From Candidatus Methanomethylicus oleisabuli (GTDB lineage: Archaea; Thermoproteota; Methanomethylicia; Methanomethylicales; Methanomethylicaceae): a stretch of 64,000 bases of DNA. The stretch lies in contig MAGU01000068.1 in the NCBI GenBank assembly GCA_001717025.1, positions 307 to 64,306 of the forward strand, written 5' to 3'. The notes below the pieces were generated by a model that did no database searches, was not told the DNA's origin, and was given only the letters and a program-made list of their open reading frames with translations. Of this stretch, positions 61,301 through 64,000 are shown piece after piece. The translations under genes were made by a program, and so were the position numbers. Within the stretch, counting starts at the first letter, position 1; the number at the start of each line of letters is the position of its first letter.

Positions 61301-61799
61301 ACCTTCACTCTATCTTTGACAATTTATCCGAGCGTCTGAACTTTGGCAGGCAATGCGTGCCTAGCCTTTCTATATGTTCTATTGGATTATTCTCCGTCTT
61401 AGCTATTTGCATGCATATTTAGCTTATCCCTTTTTGCTTGCGCCATCCTTCCATTTGCCACACAATCGTCGCAGACCTCAAGCAGTTTAATTTAAACGCC
61501 CGAATCTTGGCTCTCTATGCTCCGGCTACAGCAAGGGCATAATCAACTCTTTTTACAAGCGGTTGATTGTATCGGCCCTCAGGCTTGCTTGTTAGTTGCT
61601 GGCGAGGCATCATTCTTTGGCTCGCCGGCAGGGTGCCATTAATATTCGATGCCCAAGCACAACCGCGCCTCTTCCTGTATTGTTTATATAGCGGTTTTCG
61701 TTACATCTTCACTCGCCTTTGCTTACATAAGCGCTGGCGGCATGGCTGCTGATGCTGTGGCTTGGGATCAGCATATTTTAGTAAATTTGGTGCTTCATC

Positions 61800-62669
61800 A
61801 TGGTCGACATGATCTCTGAGATGCTAGCCATCCTCGAAACGTCCTTCTGGCAGATAGTGGCCCTCTCCATAGGTCTTGGAGCAACCTTCATCTTTGTATA
61901 TGTCTTGAACAAACTATTGAACCGCCGGCTGAAGCAGATCTCAAAGTCCCCTTCATTGCAGACCATATATGTAGTGCTGCGCCGCCTAATTCTGGCTACG
62001 GTTTCACTTATAGGCGTCACAATCACTATTTTCTCAGTTTTTCCAAGCCTTGGCACCATGGTTGCATCAATGTTTGTGGCTGCCGGGTTCGCTTCGATAG
62101 TGGTGGGCATGGCTGCACAAACAACCCTCTCGAACATAATCTCGGGGATAATGATATCGCTGTCGCAGCCCTTCAAGATTAATGACGCCGTGACGTACAG
62201 AAATGAATTCTGTTTTGTTGAGGACATAAGGCTAACATACATCGTTTTACGGACGTGGGATAACCGCCGGCTGATGGTGCCAAACTCGTTGATACAATCC
62301 GAGGTCATCATTAATTACACGGCAGTAGATCCGACCGTTTTAGTCCCCGTCATAATAACAATCTCATACAAGTCTGATGCTGACAAGGCAATGAGAATAT
62401 TGGTCGATATAGCGAAGAAACATCCCGACTGTCTGCCTATCGGGGATCTACCGAACGCCGTCATAATGGACTTCGATACTACCGGCGTCAAGATACGTCT
62501 GCTCAGCCGGGCTAAGGACCAGCCTACTGCCTTCGCGATGGCTCGCGCTATCATGGCTGATGCTAAGAGAGAGTTCGATAAGAACGGCATCGAGTTCCCA
62601 TCGATTCGAAACTACCTGATACTGGATCAAGGCACCTTCGCCTCCTTGCGTGAGTCTAAGGAGGCATGA
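61800..62669 (+). CDS. mscS: Small-conductance mechanosensitive channel (MscS family)
   Basis: 3 TM helices plus the MscS beta-domain. Confidence 0.75.
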   Translation: MVDMISEMLAILETSFWQIVALSIGLGATFIFVYVLNKLLNRRLKQISKSPSLQTIYVVLRRLILATVSLIGVTITIFSVFPSLGTMVASMFVAAGFASIVVGMAAQTTLSNIISGIMISLSQPFKINDAVTYRNEFCFVEDIRLTYIVLRTWDNRRLMVPNSLIQSEVIINYTAVDPTVLVPVIITISYKSDADKAMRILVDIAKKHPDCLPIGDLPNAVIMDFDTTGVKIRLLSRAKDQPTAFAMARAIMADAKREFDKNGIEFPSIRNYLILDQGTFASLRESKEA

Positions 62670-62757
62670 AGAATGCGCGGAGACCGTTGTACCGCGGCAC
62701 TCCTCGCCATACAAAGACTTTTAAAGCTGTATCCGGTTTAGGCTATCGGTGGCAATT

Positions 62758-62904
62758 TTGACGCAGTACCTATGTGAAAAATGCGGGAAGGTCATCGAGA
62801 GTAGCGACCTTAGCGGGCTGCCTGGGATTCGCTGCCCCGCATGCGGGCACAGGATCCTCTACAAGGCGCGATCCCAAATTGTGAGGGTCATCCAGTCCAA
62901 ATGA
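62758..62904 (+). CDS. rpoP: DNA-directed RNA polymerase subunit P (Rpo12/RpoP), not present in the ORF track
   Basis: TTG start 6 nt after GGTGG. 48 aa: MTQYLCEKCGKVIESSDLSGLPGIRCPACGHRILYKARSQIVRVIQSK, with the CxxC...CxxC zinc ribbon and RCPxCGxRIL signature. Confidence 0.6.
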   Translation: MTQYLCEKCGKVIESSDLSGLPGIRCPACGHRILYKARSQIVRVIQSK

Positions 62905-62928
62905 TGCCCTTTTGGTAGCCCTACTTTT

Positions 62929-63831
62929 CTATCTCCTAGCCAGCTTTATCATTGAACACAGCTCAAATATTATCTTCGATGCTACAGCCGCAGTATTCCC
63001 GTTGTCGTAGGGAGGGGATACTTCCACAAGATCGAATCCGACTATCCTGTCATCCACTGCATCGTTAAGCATATCCAGCAGATAGGTAGGCGAGATCCCC
63101 TCAGGCTCTGGGTTGCCGATCCCTGGGGCATAAGCTGGATCGAGGACATCTATGTCGATCGATACGTATATCTTCCGGGCGCCCTCAAGCCTCTGCTTTA
63201 GCCATCTAGCCGAGGTATTGGCGTCTGATCTGAGCATCTCGCGGGCGCTGATATAATCTATGCCCTTCTTCCTGACCGCCTCGATCTCTTCGCTATATGT
63301 GGCGCGCACCCCCGCAAGTACGATCTTTCCGGAAGCGATCTCTTCAAGCGATCTTCTCATCACACATGCATGCGACATCCTGTTGGACAGATACTCATCG
63401 CGCATATCGAAGTGGGCATCAAACGAAACGACCGTTACGTCCTTTATCGCCTTCACGGCACCAAGCGTTACGGAGTGCTCTCCACCAATCATTACCGGTA
63501 CCTTCCTCGTCGCAATGATGTCCTCCACAGTCTCGCTGACCCTCCTTATTGTCTCAGCGGAATCTCCGTGGACTACCGCAATGTCGCCTAGATCGTGAAT
63601 CTTTATGTCCTCAAAATCCATTCCTGTCCTCCAGGACCAGGTCTCAAGATTCGCCGAGAGCTGCCTCAATGCGTTGGGTGCAAACCTGGAGCCCGGTCTG
63701 AAACTGGATGTGCTGTCGAATGGGACCCCGAAGAGAACGAAGTCTGCCTCAGAGAATTCTGTCTGGAACCCGGCAAATGATTTTGACGCATCGTCCACAT
63801 AAAACGCTTCTTTCAATGCAAGACACCCCAT
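62929..63831 (-). CDS. speB: Agmatinase / arginase-family ureohydrolase
   Basis: Mn-binding motifs GGEHS, DAHFD and SIDIDVLDP. Confidence 0.8.
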   Translation of the reverse strand: MGCLALKEAFYVDDASKSFAGFQTEFSEADFVLFGVPFDSTSSFRPGSRFAPNALRQLSANLETWSWRTGMDFEDIKIHDLGDIAVVHGDSAETIRRVSETVEDIIATRKVPVMIGGEHSVTLGAVKAIKDVTVVSFDAHFDMRDEYLSNRMSHACVMRRSLEEIASGKIVLAGVRATYSEEIEAVRKKGIDYISAREMLRSDANTSARWLKQRLEGARKIYVSIDIDVLDPAYAPGIGNPEPEGISPTYLLDMLNDAVDDRIVGFDLVEVSPPYDNGNTAAVASKIIFELCSMIKLARR

Positions 63832-63896
63832 AAGTTATATTTGGGTCAATGTACCTCTACTTGAACTTACCTCATTGGTGTACAGACATGGATAAG

Positions 63897-64000
63897 TATG
63901 ATAAGGTTATCGACCTGTGCAAGAGACGAGGATTCTTCTGGCCCGCATCGGAGATCTACGGCGGCGTGGCAGGCTTCCTTGACTTTGGTCCATTGGGCAC
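63897..64000 (+). CDS. glyS: Glycyl-tRNA synthetase (archaeal/eukaryal type), 5' fragment continuing beyond the window
   Basis: [37 protein letters not shown] matches the conserved GlyRS N-terminus. Confidence 0.7.

Noticed and set aside
61301-61799. ~500-bp intergenic region as a possible ncRNA/tRNA locus
   Set aside because: Only short 6-7 bp hairpins are present (e.g. GGCGAG...CTCGCC at ~61596-61625). There are no tRNA T-loop/GTTCGAATCC-like motifs and no C/D-box arrangement. It probably holds promoters for the flanking divergent genes and a long 5' leader.
61778-62311. 177-aa minus-strand ORF
   Set aside because: Completely antisense to the well-supported mscS gene, with no independent signals.
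1-64000. CRISPR arrays, rRNA or tRNA genes
   Set aside because: No regularly spaced direct repeats, no rRNA-like conserved stretches, and no tRNA-like cloverleaf signatures were seen anywhere in the window.

Overview
The window reads as an archaeal chromosome segment of about 52-53% GC, with archaeal TATA/BRE-like promoters, oligo-T terminators, and archaeal markers (TBP, Alba, RpoP, ThiDN, TrpB2, CDC48). It comes from a methane-metabolising archaeon, either a methanogen or an ANME-like lineage. It is dominated by a dispersed methyl-coenzyme M reductase (MCR) supersystem. The structural genes mcrB-mcrG-mcrA at 25.3-29.1 kb form a compact operon with no mcrD or mcrC inside it. The gene pair mcrD-mcrC sits about 24 kb away at 53.4-54.4 kb. 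It is transcribed divergently from a tightly packed 7.5-kb minus-strand operon that I read as Mmp3-Mmp6-Mmp17-Mmp7-A2 paralog, followed by a RACo-like 2Fe-2S/ASKHA ATP-dependent reductive activase and a 184-aa unknown. A second minus-strand operon at 32.0-36.9 kb encodes Mmp15, YcaO (Mmp1), TfuA (the McrA thioglycine machinery) and a second A2-like double-ABC ATPase that carries a Cys4 zinc-ribbon insert. A PurM-like Mmp2 candidate lies next to it. The mcrBGA operon is preceded by a NitT/TauT-type ABC transporter and an XRE-like HTH regulator, and a 20-bp perfect palindrome sits in the mcr promoter region. Housekeeping content: iorAB, gatCAB, cdc48 (with an unusual D1 insertion), cimA/leuA, tbp, signal peptidase, porGDAB, thiR/thiDN, nadE, tpiA, trpB2, alba, hmgA, speB, glyS (5' fragment), and a small rpoP that is absent from the ORF track. 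An AT-rich island at 57.7-62.7 kb encodes a HAD-IIB phosphatase, a GT4 glycosyltransferase, a 548-aa coiled-coil protein and MscS. I found no tRNA, rRNA or CRISPR arrays. The most interesting hypothesis is that the RACo-like activase, translationally coupled to an A2 paralog inside the Mmp/McrC activation cluster, belongs to the ATP-dependent reductive activation machinery of MCR.
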